A stretch of DNA of 64,000 nucleotides from Clostridiales bacterium Firm_04 (GTDB lineage: Bacteria; Bacillota; Clostridia; Oscillospirales; Ruminococcaceae). Position numbers and translations under genes: made by a program. Within the stretch, counting starts at the first letter, position 1. Every line of letters starts with the position of its first letter. Location of the stretch: positions 14,073 to 78,072 of the forward strand of contig LVAJ01000028.1 in NCBI GenBank assembly GCA_001603005.1, read 5' to 3'. Shown here one piece after another: positions 44,301 through 52,983 of this stretch. The notes under the pieces were generated by a model that was given only the letters and a program-made list of their open reading frames with translations, ran no database searches and was not told the origin of the DNA.

Positions 44301-46968
44301 GCTGCCGGCATTCCGGAACACGACCTTTTCCAATTGCGATCAGCTTTACGATCCGCGGTTCAGCCCGCTCGACCGCACGGCATCGGGCATTACCGTCAAT
44401 TCTTCGCGCAGCTCCGTCAATGGACTGATGCATTTTACGGTCAAATACAAGCTGGATGAAAGAACGGCGGATCCGGTGCTGAACCTGAGCATGCCGGAAA
44501 CGCTGGTGCTGGTGCCGGAATCCGTCACCGGAACCGATCCGGATATGACGGTCGGCAACAAATCCGACAGCTTTCAGCTGAAAGCGCTGGAAGGCACGCT
44601 GCATTTCTCGGCAAGAATGCAGGCGGCGGGCAGCGCAAAGGTGCAGGCAGGCATGAACTTCAAGTTCCAGAACAGTGCATGGACGCAGACGATCGGGACG
44701 CTCATCGTGGATGCGCCGGCACTGACAGTCGGTGCGCCGGAGCAGGTGAACGGTCTGACCGCGCCGGTCAACGGCATCGCGGGCAGAGAGCAGCCTGTTG
44801 AGATCTATGTGAATGATACGCTTGCAGAGACCGTGACCGCGGATGCGTATACCGGAAAATACCGCGTGACGGTGCAGCTGCCGCAGGGCGATGACGGCGC
44901 GGTGTATCAGATCTATGCAAAGACTGCGGAAAACAAAACGGATGCGGTCGCGGTCACATACAGCAAGAACGCGCCGACTGTGCAGAATGTCTGGATGAAT
45001 TACAACGGACATGCGGGGAAGGACATGGATATTACCGCGGTACTGCTGGAAGGAAAATCGCCGGTGATCTCCTATAATCCTGCGTATCCGCTGCGGTTTA
45101 CGGTCAAAGCTGCCAATTCCGAGCTGATCGACAGAATGTTCGTGACCAGCACCAAAGGCGATGACATCCGGTATCTGGAAGCATTCTATGATGCGGAAAA
45201 CGATGTCTGGGTGACGGAAAACAGCTTTTTTGTACCGGAAAATCACAGCTATGTGCCCGGTTCGCTGAATATCAGCATTCTCGAAAAGGAGCCGGATCTG
45301 ACCGTTTCGGAAGAAGATGCGGATGCATACGACAAGATGATGCATCTGCCGGATTCGACGCCGCAGGCATACCGCGACAACAGCACGGTCAATGTCCTTG
45401 CGAAAACGGATTCTGCATTCGTTGCAGAGGTCAATTTCACAGACGGCACAGAGGATCACGAATTTGTCTACTGCTCCGAGCGCACCAATACCGTGATGCT
45501 GGACGGCGTGACCGTCACGGCAGAGGAGATCGCAATGGATCCGGAAAAATACGGCTATCACAGAGTTCCGGCATCCGCAGTCAACGGCGATGAAAACTGT
45601 GTCTATTATCAGCGCTGGGATACGGGTGCGGATATGGTCATCGGGCTGTCGCTGGAAGCGCTCACGGGCGTTACGGATGCGCTGGTCGGAGAATATACCG
45701 GCTATTCTCTGCTGGAAAGAATTGAGGGCGACGCAAAGGACACTGTGGAAGCCTGCTTTGTCAACAATTTCGTCGTCGCAACCGGACAGAATTTCTTCAA
45801 TTCGCTGACCGGTGACGTGTACGGCGATTACGCGAATTATCTGCGCATCATGGGCGATTCGGTGCATCTGGTATCGCGCCTGTATGATGCAAGAGACAAT
45901 GAACTGCAGCAGTGTGCAGCGGTGATGCTGTTTGCGGCACAGGTCATCGTGGACAGCGGCGGACTGGAGCTGATGCTCCTGACCTGTGGCGTGACTGCGC
46001 CGGTCGCATTTGTTGTGACGGTCGGCTCCTGCGTGCTGCTGACCTATGCCGGCACATGGCTGGATGAATGGATCGCTGGTGACAGCATGTTCTCGTCCGG
46101 CGGCATCCTGCGCTTTATCATTGATCCGAGCGGCATTGTCTATGAGGCGGTGCTGAGCAATCCGGTCGAGGACGCAGAGGTGCGGATCTATTACCGCGAT
46201 CCGGAGACCGGAAAACAGACAGAATGGAATGCCGCGGATTACGAACAGGAAAATCCGCTGCGCACCGACACGGACGGCGCCTATGCATGGGATGTTCCCG
46301 AGGGCGAATGGAAGGTCACGGCATCGAAGGAAGGCTATGAGAAAGCGGAGAGCGACTGGATGACGGTTCCGCCTGTCCGGACGGATGTCGGGCTGGCACT
46401 GGTCGATCGCAGTGCGCCGGCGATTGCAGAGATCACCGAACAGCAGAACGGACTGCTCGTGCAGTTCAGCAAGTTCGCGGACATTGCGACAGCGGATGAA
46501 AAGAGCATCGTGCTGAAAAATGCAAAGGACTATGCGGTGAAGCCGGTTCTGCATGCAGAGGACGATGCCTATACCGATCAGTTCCTGCTCGAGGGCGATT
46601 TTGCTGCGGGAAGCTATACGCTTGCTGTGACCGAAGCGCTCAGGAGCTATGCCGGAACCCCTGCTGCCGCTGCGGAGCAGACGTTCACGGTGAAGCTGAA
46701 TGCGCTGCAGAAGGGCGACATCGACGGCGACGGCATCATCAGTGTTGTGGATGCGCAGCTTGCGCTGGTCGAATATGTCACGGTGATGAGCGGCAAGGAC
46801 GGCACATTCAGTGCTGCACAGACAAAAGCCGGCGATATTGACGGAAGCGGCAGCGTCGGCGTGGATGATGCACAGAATATCCTGATGTACTATGTTGAAA
46901 ACAGAGTCGCTGGCAAGACGGTCTCTTGGGAGGAGCTGCTGGAACGTCAGAATCCGGCTGCTGCATAA
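41320..46968 (+). CDS. Giant (1882 aa) secreted BspA-type LRR protein with Ig-like/unknown middle region and C-terminal dockerin
   Basis: RBS AAGGAGG. Signal peptide, A/T-rich linker, then ~9 near-identical LRR super-repeats (VTLSEGLETLGYYAFQG...KIGGYAFMGCDALAK). C-terminal dockerin GDIDGDGIISVVDAQLAL and GDIDGSGSVGVDDAQNIL. Confidence 0.88.
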   Translation: MKKHHCQIRKISGGLMGALMMLSGTVMPYQGTALTRTELVIGWTAEAAAAAAETADAVPAAATTAPATTAKSTATTAKPAATTAKPAATTASPAVTAPAGKSDGFVFGIEEDHAVLKQYTGAAASVTVPASYQGVPVTEIELRAFQNNKNLTAVEIPASVKKIGDYSFMGCDALAKVTLSEGLETLGYYAFQGTPVTEICIPATIKSADEPFAGCKSLSKVTFGKGITKIPDYLFENCSGLTTVTIPETVTEIGSRAFQNNKKLTAIEIPANVKKIGGYAFMGCDALAKVTLSEGLETLGYYAFQGAPITEICMPASLKETDEPFAGCKSLSKVTFGRGITKIPDYLFENCSGLTTVTIPETVTEIGSCAFQNNKKLTAIEIPANVKKIGGYAFMGCDALAKVTLSEGLETLGYYAFQGVPITEICIPATIKSADEPFVGCKSLSKVTFGKGITKIPDNLFENCSGLTTVTIPETVTEIGSCAFQNNKKLTAIEIPANVKKIGGYAFMGCDALAKVTLSDGLETLGYYAFQGTPVTEICIPATIKSADEPFVGCKTLSKVTFGKGLTKIPDNLFENCSGLTTVTIPETVTEIGSCAFQNNKKLTAIEIPANVKKIGGYAFMGCDALAKVTLSEGLETLGYYAFQGAPITEICIPASIKSADEPFVGCKSLSKVTFGKGITKIPQDLFYYCSGLTEITVPETVKEIGTRAFASCKNLKKVTLSEGLETLGYYAFQGAPVTEISIPATIKSADEPFVGCSALSKVTFGKGITKIPQDLFYYCSGLTEITVPETVKEIGTRAFASCKNLKKVTLSEGLETLGYFAFNSTPVTEICIPATIKSADEPFAGCSALSKVTFGKGITKIPQEMFSYCSGLTEITVPETVKEIGTRAFASCKNLKKVTLSEGLETLGYYAFQGAPITEIIIPSTLKSADEPFAGCKDLTYAHFAEDMVNVPANIFQNAGGLEMVQLASTTASIGEHAFDNCRKLSTIYPEDLLPAFRNTTFSNCDQLYDPRFSPLDRTASGITVNSSRSSVNGLMHFTVKYKLDERTADPVLNLSMPETLVLVPESVTGTDPDMTVGNKSDSFQLKALEGTLHFSARMQAAGSAKVQAGMNFKFQNSAWTQTIGTLIVDAPALTVGAPEQVNGLTAPVNGIAGREQPVEIYVNDTLAETVTADAYTGKYRVTVQLPQGDDGAVYQIYAKTAENKTDAVAVTYSKNAPTVQNVWMNYNGHAGKDMDITAVLLEGKSPVISYNPAYPLRFTVKAANSELIDRMFVTSTKGDDIRYLEAFYDAENDVWVTENSFFVPENHSYVPGSLNISILEKEPDLTVSEEDADAYDKMMHLPDSTPQAYRDNSTVNVLAKTDSAFVAEVNFTDGTEDHEFVYCSERTNTVMLDGVTVTAEEIAMDPEKYGYHRVPASAVNGDENCVYYQRWDTGADMVIGLSLEALTGVTDALVGEYTGYSLLERIEGDAKDTVEACFVNNFVVATGQNFFNSLTGDVYGDYANYLRIMGDSVHLVSRLYDARDNELQQCAAVMLFAAQVIVDSGGLELMLLTCGVTAPVAFVVTVGSCVLLTYAGTWLDEWIAGDSMFSSGGILRFIIDPSGIVYEAVLSNPVEDAEVRIYYRDPETGKQTEWNAADYEQENPLRTDTDGAYAWDVPEGEWKVTASKEGYEKAESDWMTVPPVRTDVGLALVDRSAPAIAEITEQQNGLLVQFSKFADIATADEKSIVLKNAKDYAVKPVLHAEDDAYTDQFLLEGDFAAGSYTLAVTEALRSYAGTPAAAAEQTFTVKLNALQKGDIDGDGIISVVDAQLALVEYVTVMSGKDGTFSAAQTKAGDIDGSGSVGVDDAQNILMYYVENRVAGKTVSWEELLERQNPAAA
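41740..44130 (+). repeat. Intragenic tandem DNA repeats: 5 units of 339 bp then 3-4 units of 270 bp
   Basis: The landmark AAGGTGACGCT(T/C)TCCGA(G/T)GG(A/G)CTGGAAACACTCGGATACT recurs near 41842, 42181, 42520, 42859 and 43198 (period 339), then near 43468, 43738 and 44008 (period 270). Adjacent 339-bp units differ at only a few positions. Confidence 0.9.
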
Positions 46969-46996
46969 CAAACAGGAGCCCGCAGAATGATCATTT

Positions 46997-47039
46997 GTCC
47001 CGAATGCGCAGAAAAAAGCGTGTTCGGGACATTTTATTT
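46997..47039 (+). terminator. Intrinsic terminator of the giant LRR gene
   Basis: GTCCCGAA-loop-TTCGGGAC followed by ATTTTATTT. Confidence 0.7.
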
Positions 47040-47066
47040 GCAATCCGGCTCGATTCGTGGTATAAT
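47038..47066 (+). promoter_or_regulatory. Sigma-A type promoter (TTGCAA-17-TATAAT) of the OmpR-type RR gene
   Basis: TTGCAAtccggctcgattcgtggTATAAT. Confidence 0.6.
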
Positions 47067-47093
47067 AAAGCAAATCAACAGTGGGGTGATCCG

Positions 47094-47750
47094 ATGCCGC
47101 ATATTTTAATTGTCGATGATGACACACATATCAGCGGGATGCTGACAGAAGCCCTGAAAGCAGAGGGCTATACCGTTTCGGCTGCCTATTCCGGCACCGA
47201 GGCTGCGATGTATCTTTCGCAGACGAAGCCGGATCTGGTGCTGCTGGATCTGATGCTGCCGGGGCTTTCCGGTGAGGAGCTGCTGCCGCAGATCCGGGAT
47301 ATTCCGGTGATCGTGGTCAGCGCAAAGTGCGATATTGCCGAAAAAGTGGATCTGCTGCGCGGCGGTGCGGCGGATTATATCACAAAGCCGTTTGACATGC
47401 AGGAACTGCTGGCGCGAATCGTCGTGCAGCTCCGCGGAAAAAGCAGCGATGCCGATACACTGACCTTTGACGGCCTGACGCTTCGTGCCGATACGCTGAC
47501 AGCGGTGATCGGCGGGACGGAGATCCGGCTGACCAGAACCGAATGTGCGATCCTGAAACTGCTGATGCAGAATCCGCAGGCGCCGGTCGGCAAGACGACC
47601 ATTCTGGAAAAGATCAGCTATGATACGCCGGACTGTACGGAGCGTTCGCTCAAGCAGCATATCAGCAATATCCGGCATAAATTGCAGGCGGTCAGCGGAA
47701 AGGATTACATCGAAGCGGTATACGGCATCGGGTTCCGGCTGCATGCTTGA
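47094..47750 (+). CDS. OmpR/PhoB family response regulator
   Basis: MPHILIVDDDTHI...DLVLLDLMLPGLSGEE plus a winged-helix C-terminus (LTRTECAILKLLMQNP...YIEAVYGIGFRL). Confidence 0.92.
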   Translation: MPHILIVDDDTHISGMLTEALKAEGYTVSAAYSGTEAAMYLSQTKPDLVLLDLMLPGLSGEELLPQIRDIPVIVVSAKCDIAEKVDLLRGGAADYITKPFDMQELLARIVVQLRGKSSDADTLTFDGLTLRADTLTAVIGGTEIRLTRTECAILKLLMQNPQAPVGKTTILEKISYDTPDCTERSLKQHISNIRHKLQAVSGKDYIEAVYGIGFRLHA

Positions 47751-47757
47751 CGAAATA

Positions 47758-47801
47758 TTGACGTTTTCTTGTCCGGTTTCTTGACCTTTTTATGCTATAC
47801 T
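47758..47801 (+). promoter_or_regulatory. Three TTGNCC/G direct repeats at 11-12 bp spacing upstream of a TATACT -10 (candidate OmpR-type boxes)
   Basis: TTGACG (47758), TTGTCC (47769), TTGACC (47781), then TATACT at 47796-47801. No proper -35 lies at 17 nt. Confidence 0.45.
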
Positions 47802-47825
47802 GATTTCAGAAAAGGAGGTCTGAAT

Positions 47826-48740
47826 ATGGACTATGTTCTGAAAACAACCAATCTCTGTAAACAATATAAGCAGTTCAAGGCGCTGGACGGGCTGACCATG
47901 CAGGTGCCGAAGGGCTCGATCTACGGCTTTGTCGGCAGGAACGGCGCCGGCAAAACCACGCTGATCCGCCTTGTCTGCGGCTTGCAGATTCCGACGGACG
48001 GCGAACTGGAACTCTACGGGGTGCCGCATTCCGATGAAAAGATCGCGCAGTCCAGAAGAAGGATCGGCGCGGTCATTGAAACGCCTGCGCTCTATCTGGA
48101 TATGACGGCGGAGGACAACCTGAAACAGCAGTACCGCGTGCTCGGTCTGCCGGACTTTGCGGGGATCCCGGATCTGCTGAAGCTGGTCGGGCTCGGCGAT
48201 ACCGGCAAAAAGAAAGCCCGTCAGTTTTCGCTCGGTATGCGGCAGCGGCTCGGCATTGCGGTCGCGCTCTGCGGCGATCCCGATTTTCTGGTGCTGGACG
48301 AACCGATCAACGGACTCGATCCGGAGGGCATCGTCGAGATCCGCGAGCTGATCCTGAAACTCAACCGCGAAAAGAAGATCACCGTGCTGATCTCCTCGCA
48401 CATTCTCGATGAGCTTTCCAGACTGGCAACGCATTACGGCTTTATCAACGAGGGCAGAATGATCCGCGAAATGAGCGCAGAGGAACTGGATGCTGCCTGC
48501 CGGAAATGCATGCGGCTGACGGTGACCGATACGGCTGCGCTTGCGCGTGTGCTGGACGATATGCAGCTGGAATACAAGATCATTGACGATCAGCATGCGG
48601 ATCTCTACGCAAGTCCGGTCATCACGGATCTTGCGCTCGCGCTGAAAAACGAAAACTGCACGATTACGGCAGTGGAGGAGCATGACGAGAGTCTTGAAAG
48701 CTTCTTCCTTTCCCTGATCGGAGGTGGTGAGCATGTTTAA
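47826..48740 (+). CDS. ABC transporter ATP-binding protein (lantibiotic-protection/bacitracin-type architecture)
   Basis: RBS AAAGGAGG. Walker A GRNGAGKTT, signature FSLGMRQRL and Walker B FLVLDEPINGLD. The subfamily assignment is inference. Confidence 0.88.
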   Translation: MDYVLKTTNLCKQYKQFKALDGLTMQVPKGSIYGFVGRNGAGKTTLIRLVCGLQIPTDGELELYGVPHSDEKIAQSRRRIGAVIETPALYLDMTAEDNLKQQYRVLGLPDFAGIPDLLKLVGLGDTGKKKARQFSLGMRQRLGIAVALCGDPDFLVLDEPINGLDPEGIVEIRELILKLNREKKITVLISSHILDELSRLATHYGFINEGRMIREMSAEELDAACRKCMRLTVTDTAALARVLDDMQLEYKIIDDQHADLYASPVITDLALALKNENCTITAVEEHDESLESFFLSLIGGGEHV

Positions 48741-49518
48741 GCTGATTGGTGCCTATTTCAGCAGGCTTTCCAAATGGATGATCTTCCGCATTCTGCTCAT
48801 TCTCATGTTCATCGGCGGCATCGCTGCTGCTTTGCTGACGCGCAAACTGTCCGGCGCATGGAATCTGCCGTATATACTTGCATATCTGATCTTTCCGCAC
48901 TATGTCGGCGTGATCATCGGTCTGTTCAATTACCCGCTGTTCACAAACGGCACGATCCGGAATCAGCTTGCTGTCGGTCACCGGCGCAGTCATGTCTATC
49001 TGGCAGACTGGGCGGCATCCAATTTATTCGCAGCAGCGATTTTTCTGTGCTTTGTGATCCCGTTTTTCATTACACTTTCATGCTGCGGCAGCACTGCCGC
49101 GGCAGGGCAGAGCACGGAACTGTTGGAAGGACTCCCGACTGCAATGGAAGTCAGTGCAGATGCAGTCGCATCCGCGAGAGCGATCGCTTCCGGCATTGCG
49201 GTTTCAATCGTGCAGATCGTCTTTTTTACATCGGTCACGCAGCTGTTCTGTGTGGTATTGAAAGGCGTCAAGAGCTTCCTCGCGATCTATCTCGGCAATC
49301 AGGCTCTCGTACTTGCAGGCGTCGGCTATGCGGCGCTTGCATCGAAGTATCAGCTGCCGGAAAAGTTGTTCAATCTGTTTCCGTCCGTGGTCTGCATGCG
49401 GCAGAGTTCCTTTGCCGTTGATCCGGAATTCTGGCAGGGCATGCTTTTGATGCTCGCGGAAACGGCGATCGTATTTGTCATCGGCATCCTCTATTTCCGC
49501 AAAACGGATCTCAATTAA
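48733..49518 (+). CDS. ABC-2 type permease (6 TM, ~261 aa)
   Basis: Overlaps the ATPase stop by 8 nt and is polytopic and hydrophobic throughout. Confidence 0.7.
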   Translation: MFKLIGAYFSRLSKWMIFRILLILMFIGGIAAALLTRKLSGAWNLPYILAYLIFPHYVGVIIGLFNYPLFTNGTIRNQLAVGHRRSHVYLADWAASNLFAAAIFLCFVIPFFITLSCCGSTAAAGQSTELLEGLPTAMEVSADAVASARAIASGIAVSIVQIVFFTSVTQLFCVVLKGVKSFLAIYLGNQALVLAGVGYAALASKYQLPEKLFNLFPSVVCMRQSSFAVDPEFWQGMLLMLAETAIVFVIGILYFRKTDLN

Positions 49519-49532
49519 CCGGAGGTAATTCT

Positions 49533-50399
49533 ATGCTTTATAGTCTGTTCGCGATCCTGCTGGCAGCAGCGGTCATCAAAATCATCCGGCTCAAAAAAGC
49601 CGCAAGGGAGATCACTGCCGCCTTCGCGGACAGACTGCAAACCGATACCAATACGCTGATCGACATTTCCTCGCGCGACCGGGATATGCGCGCGCTTGCC
49701 GGCAGCATCAATACGCAGCTGCGCATCCTGCGGCAGGAGCATCTGCGCTATCATCAGGGCGATACCGAACTGAAAAATGCCGTGACGAATATTTCACATG
49801 ATCTCCGCACACCGCTGACAGCGATCTGCGGATATCTCTATATGATCCGGAAAACGGACGACAGTGCGCAGATCCACAGATATCTGGACTATATCGAGGA
49901 ACGGACGGACGCGATGAAACAGCTGACCGAGGAGCTGTTCCGCTATTCGGTGATCCAGTCCGGCGAGCCGGATGAGCCCGCCGAGGAGATCTGTCTCAAC
50001 CAGATGCTTGAGGACAGCATCATGGGCTATTTCGGCGCATTCAGCGAAAAGGGAATCGTGCCGGCGGTGGAGATCACGGAGACAAAGGTCATCCGGCATC
50101 TGCACAGGGCGGATGTTTCCCGCATTTTCTCGAATCTGCTGAACAATGCGCTGAAATACAGCGACGGCGACCTGACGATCACGATGACCGATGCCGGAAC
50201 GATCACATTTTCCAATATGGCGTCCGCGCTTTCGCCGGTGGAGGTGAACCGGCTGTTTGACCGGTTTTATACGGTTGAGGCAGCGCGCAATTCCACGGGG
50301 CTCGGACTGTCGATCGTCCGCACGCTGACGGAACGCCTCGGCGGATCGGTCACTGCGGATTACAAAGAGGGCAGGCTGACGCTGACGGTACAGCTGTAA
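49533..50399 (+). CDS. Small sensor histidine kinase (single N-terminal TM, HisKA + HATPase_c)
   Basis: H-box AVTNISHDLRTPLTAICGYL, N-box IFSNLLNNALKYS and G-box TGLGLSIVRTLTERLGG. Confidence 0.9.
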   Translation: MLYSLFAILLAAAVIKIIRLKKAAREITAAFADRLQTDTNTLIDISSRDRDMRALAGSINTQLRILRQEHLRYHQGDTELKNAVTNISHDLRTPLTAICGYLYMIRKTDDSAQIHRYLDYIEERTDAMKQLTEELFRYSVIQSGEPDEPAEEICLNQMLEDSIMGYFGAFSEKGIVPAVEITETKVIRHLHRADVSRIFSNLLNNALKYSDGDLTITMTDAGTITFSNMASALSPVEVNRLFDRFYTVEAARNSTGLGLSIVRTLTERLGGSVTADYKEGRLTLTVQL

Positions 50400-50418
50400 C
50401 AGAACATCATGCAAAAAC

Positions 50419-50457
50419 AGCACGCTTCCGCTTTCATCGCGGCAGCGTGCTTTGTTT
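50419..50457 (+). terminator. Intrinsic terminator of the RR-ABC-HK operon
   Basis: AGCACGCT-loop-AGCGTGCT followed by TTGTTT. Confidence 0.7.
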
Positions 50458-50549
50458 ATAGTTGTTGTTTCTTCATGTGCATTCATCTGCTGCATGAAAT
50501 GAATTACGCAGCTGTAAGGATATTTTTCGGAAATCTTCATATGATTGCA

Positions 50550-50578
50550 TTGACTTCATGTGTGAAAAACGCTATAAT
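50550..50578 (+). promoter_or_regulatory. Sigma-A type promoter (TTGACT-17-TATAAT)
   Basis: TTGACTtcatgtgtgaaaaacgcTATAAT, followed by a ~115-nt hairpin-containing leader before the ATG at 50695. Confidence 0.6.
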
Positions 50579-50694
50579 ATAAAAATAGAACCGCCGCTTA
50601 TGCGCGGTTTTATCAGCGGGCTTTCCGCTGGATGATCCCAGACAAACGGGTGATCGGAGAAAGCTGCTTCGATCTGAGAACGGAGGAAAAGACA

Positions 50695-51633
50695 ATGAAA
50701 AAACTGATGATTATGACCGCATTGCTTGCTGCGATGCTGATGCTGACTTCGTGCGAAACACCCGGCGAAAGCACTGCTTTCTCTGCACCGGATTTTGTGG
50801 TTGAACAGACCGCCGAAGTGACGACTGCCGGCGAAACGACTGCGGATGAAATGTCCGCGGAGGAAACGACCGCAGGCACATCCGCTTCGGAAACGGCAGC
50901 GCTCACCACGGCAGCGGCTGAATCGGAAACCGCCGCATCCGCTTCGGAAACGAATACCGCACCGACCGGCAACTTTGCAAGCATTGCCGGCGATTGGTAT
51001 ATTGACGGCGATCCGGCGACTGCTTCGATCCACATTGAACCGGACGGCACATTCAAAACGTATTATGCGTCCGGCAATCTGGAAAATGAGGGCACGATCC
51101 GCTATGAGAGCGAGGAGATCGGCGGTACTCCGGTGTACTGGTATATGCTTTACGGCAGGGACGGCGAGCATATCATGAGCTTTGTGGATGACGGCAGCGC
51201 TGTGAAGACTGATCTGTATGTCGGCAACGGTGCTTATCCGCACTATCAGAAATTCGGTGTCGGCGGGGCTGCGGATGACGGACGCGGTCCGGGCGAGGAA
51301 TTTGCCGGCACATGGAGCTGCGAACGCGCATCGCTCAAAATCACGCAGATCTCGGATACGGAGTTCCGTGCGGAGATCAAATGGGGCTCCAGCGCGACGA
51401 CACATGTGGAATGGGACTATCCGCTGACCTATCAGGACGGCAGGCTCGTCTGCAGCGGGAAGTGTACCAAGACCGTTGTCGAGTATGCGTCTGCGGATGC
51501 GGAACCGGAGAAAACCGTCGAATATACGAACGGAAGCGGCGAATTTGTCATGCAGGGCGCAGGTGTAGTCTGGAATGACCTTACCGAGCACAGCGGCGAC
51601 GACATGGTGTTCCTGAAAACACAGCCGGAATAA
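50695..51633 (+). CDS. Lipoprotein of unknown function
   Basis: RBS GGAGGAAAAG and lipobox LMLTSC. A T/E/A-rich linker precedes two similar beta-rich halves (GDWYIDGD...; GTWSCERASLKITQ...). Confidence 0.7.
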   Translation: MKKLMIMTALLAAMLMLTSCETPGESTAFSAPDFVVEQTAEVTTAGETTADEMSAEETTAGTSASETAALTTAAAESETAASASETNTAPTGNFASIAGDWYIDGDPATASIHIEPDGTFKTYYASGNLENEGTIRYESEEIGGTPVYWYMLYGRDGEHIMSFVDDGSAVKTDLYVGNGAYPHYQKFGVGGAADDGRGPGEEFAGTWSCERASLKITQISDTEFRAEIKWGSSATTHVEWDYPLTYQDGRLVCSGKCTKTVVEYASADAEPEKTVEYTNGSGEFVMQGAGVVWNDLTEHSGDDMVFLKTQPE

Positions 51634-51666
51634 CAGCAAAAAATCTTATCATCGCAAAGGAAATCT

Positions 51667-52983
51667 ATGAAATATCTTTTTATCATTGCACTGCTCTTTT
51701 CTGCCGTTCTGCTGACCGGATGTGCAGCGCTGCAGGAGGAGATCAGCATTCCCGATGACCTGACGGAAGCGTTCACGACGGCTTCCGTGACGACTGCGGC
51801 GACGACCACAAAGGTCACAACGACAACCGCGCTCACAACGACCGTTGTTACCACAACGAAAAAGGTGGATCCGCCCGCGGATCTCGTAATGAACTGTCTC
51901 GGCACTGTTGAAGCAGGCGCGGAGATCACGCTGGATTCTTTCATCACCGAACGGAATGTGGAGCTGAAAGACGGCTCTGCATTGCTCAATACGTCCGGTC
52001 TCGGCTATTTCAATGCGGAAGTCCCGTATCTTTACGACGGTGCGGAATTTACGCAGACACTGCAATATTTCGTTGCCGATACCACGGAACCGCTCATCAT
52101 CAATCCGGGGCGGGAATGCTATCACAAGGTCGAAACGGAATTTGACCTCAATCAGTATATCGGATTTGCGGATAATTTTGACAAATATCCGTCGCTCACC
52201 TATGAGGGCGAGATTGATCCGGATACGGTCGGTTCCTATCTGCTGAATGTGACCGTGACGGACAGCTCCGGCAATTTCAGCGCATGGGATGTCGTGATCA
52301 ACGTGGTCGAGGAAGTGCCGAAATCTGTTGACACGAATCCGCGCGTGAATTACAGCGATTTTATCAGCCGGTATGACGGCGAGGATGTGCGGTTCGGCAT
52401 TGACGTTTCCGCGTGGCAGGGCGATATCGACTACAAAGCCGTGCGGGATGCCGGATGCAGCTTCGTGATCATGCGTGCCGGATATTATTACAGCAAGCTC
52501 ATTCCGGACGATTATTTCAGCAAAAACCTGAAAAATGCGGCTGCTGCCGGTCTGGATATCGGCGTCTATTTTTATACGACCGACCGCACCGAGGAAGGCG
52601 TGCGGGAGCATGTGCGCTGGATCGCGGAGCAGCTGGACGGACAGAAGCTCGATCTGCCGATCGCCTTTGACTGGGAGGAATTTGCGCATTTTCAGCAGTA
52701 CGGCATCAGCATCCGCGATCTGAATGATGTTTATGCCGCATTCGCAGACGAGGTCAGAAAGCAGGGCTATCAGCCGATGCTTTACAGCAGCAAGATCTTT
52801 CTGGATACGGTCTGGAGCGAGCGCTCGAAGGCTGCTGCGCCTGTATGGCTGGCGCATTATGTGGATGAGACCACCTATACGGGCGAATATGCGATCTGGC
52901 AGGAAAGCGCATACGGGCGCATTCCGGGCATTGACGGTGATGTGGATATGGATATCCAGTATCTGAAACAGAAGATCGACTGA
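51667..52983 (+). CDS. Lipoprotein with C-terminal GH25 muramidase (lysozyme) domain
   Basis: Lipobox LLTGC and a Thr-rich linker. GH25 motifs GIDVSAWQGDIDYKAV, FVIMRAGY, GVYFYT, PIAFDWE, IWQESAYGRIPGIDGDVDMD. Confidence 0.85.
   Translation: MKYLFIIALLFSAVLLTGCAALQEEISIPDDLTEAFTTASVTTAATTTKVTTTTALTTTVVTTTKKVDPPADLVMNCLGTVEAGAEITLDSFITERNVELKDGSALLNTSGLGYFNAEVPYLYDGAEFTQTLQYFVADTTEPLIINPGRECYHKVETEFDLNQYIGFADNFDKYPSLTYEGEIDPDTVGSYLLNVTVTDSSGNFSAWDVVINVVEEVPKSVDTNPRVNYSDFISRYDGEDVRFGIDVSAWQGDIDYKAVRDAGCSFVIMRAGYYYSKLIPDDYFSKNLKNAAAAGLDIGVYFYTTDRTEEGVREHVRWIAEQLDGQKLDLPIAFDWEEFAHFQQYGISIRDLNDVYAAFADEVRKQGYQPMLYSSKIFLDTVWSERSKAAAPVWLAHYVDETTYTGEYAIWQESAYGRIPGIDGDVDMDIQYLKQKID

Noticed and set aside
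43285-47127. 1280-aa minus-strand ORF (plus 41212-42234 and 42517-43251) antisense to the giant LRR gene
   Set aside because: The products are Arg/Cys/Leu-rich nonsense that mirrors the sense repeats. They have no RBS or family motifs, whereas the plus-strand frame has a signal peptide, LRR repeats and a dockerin.
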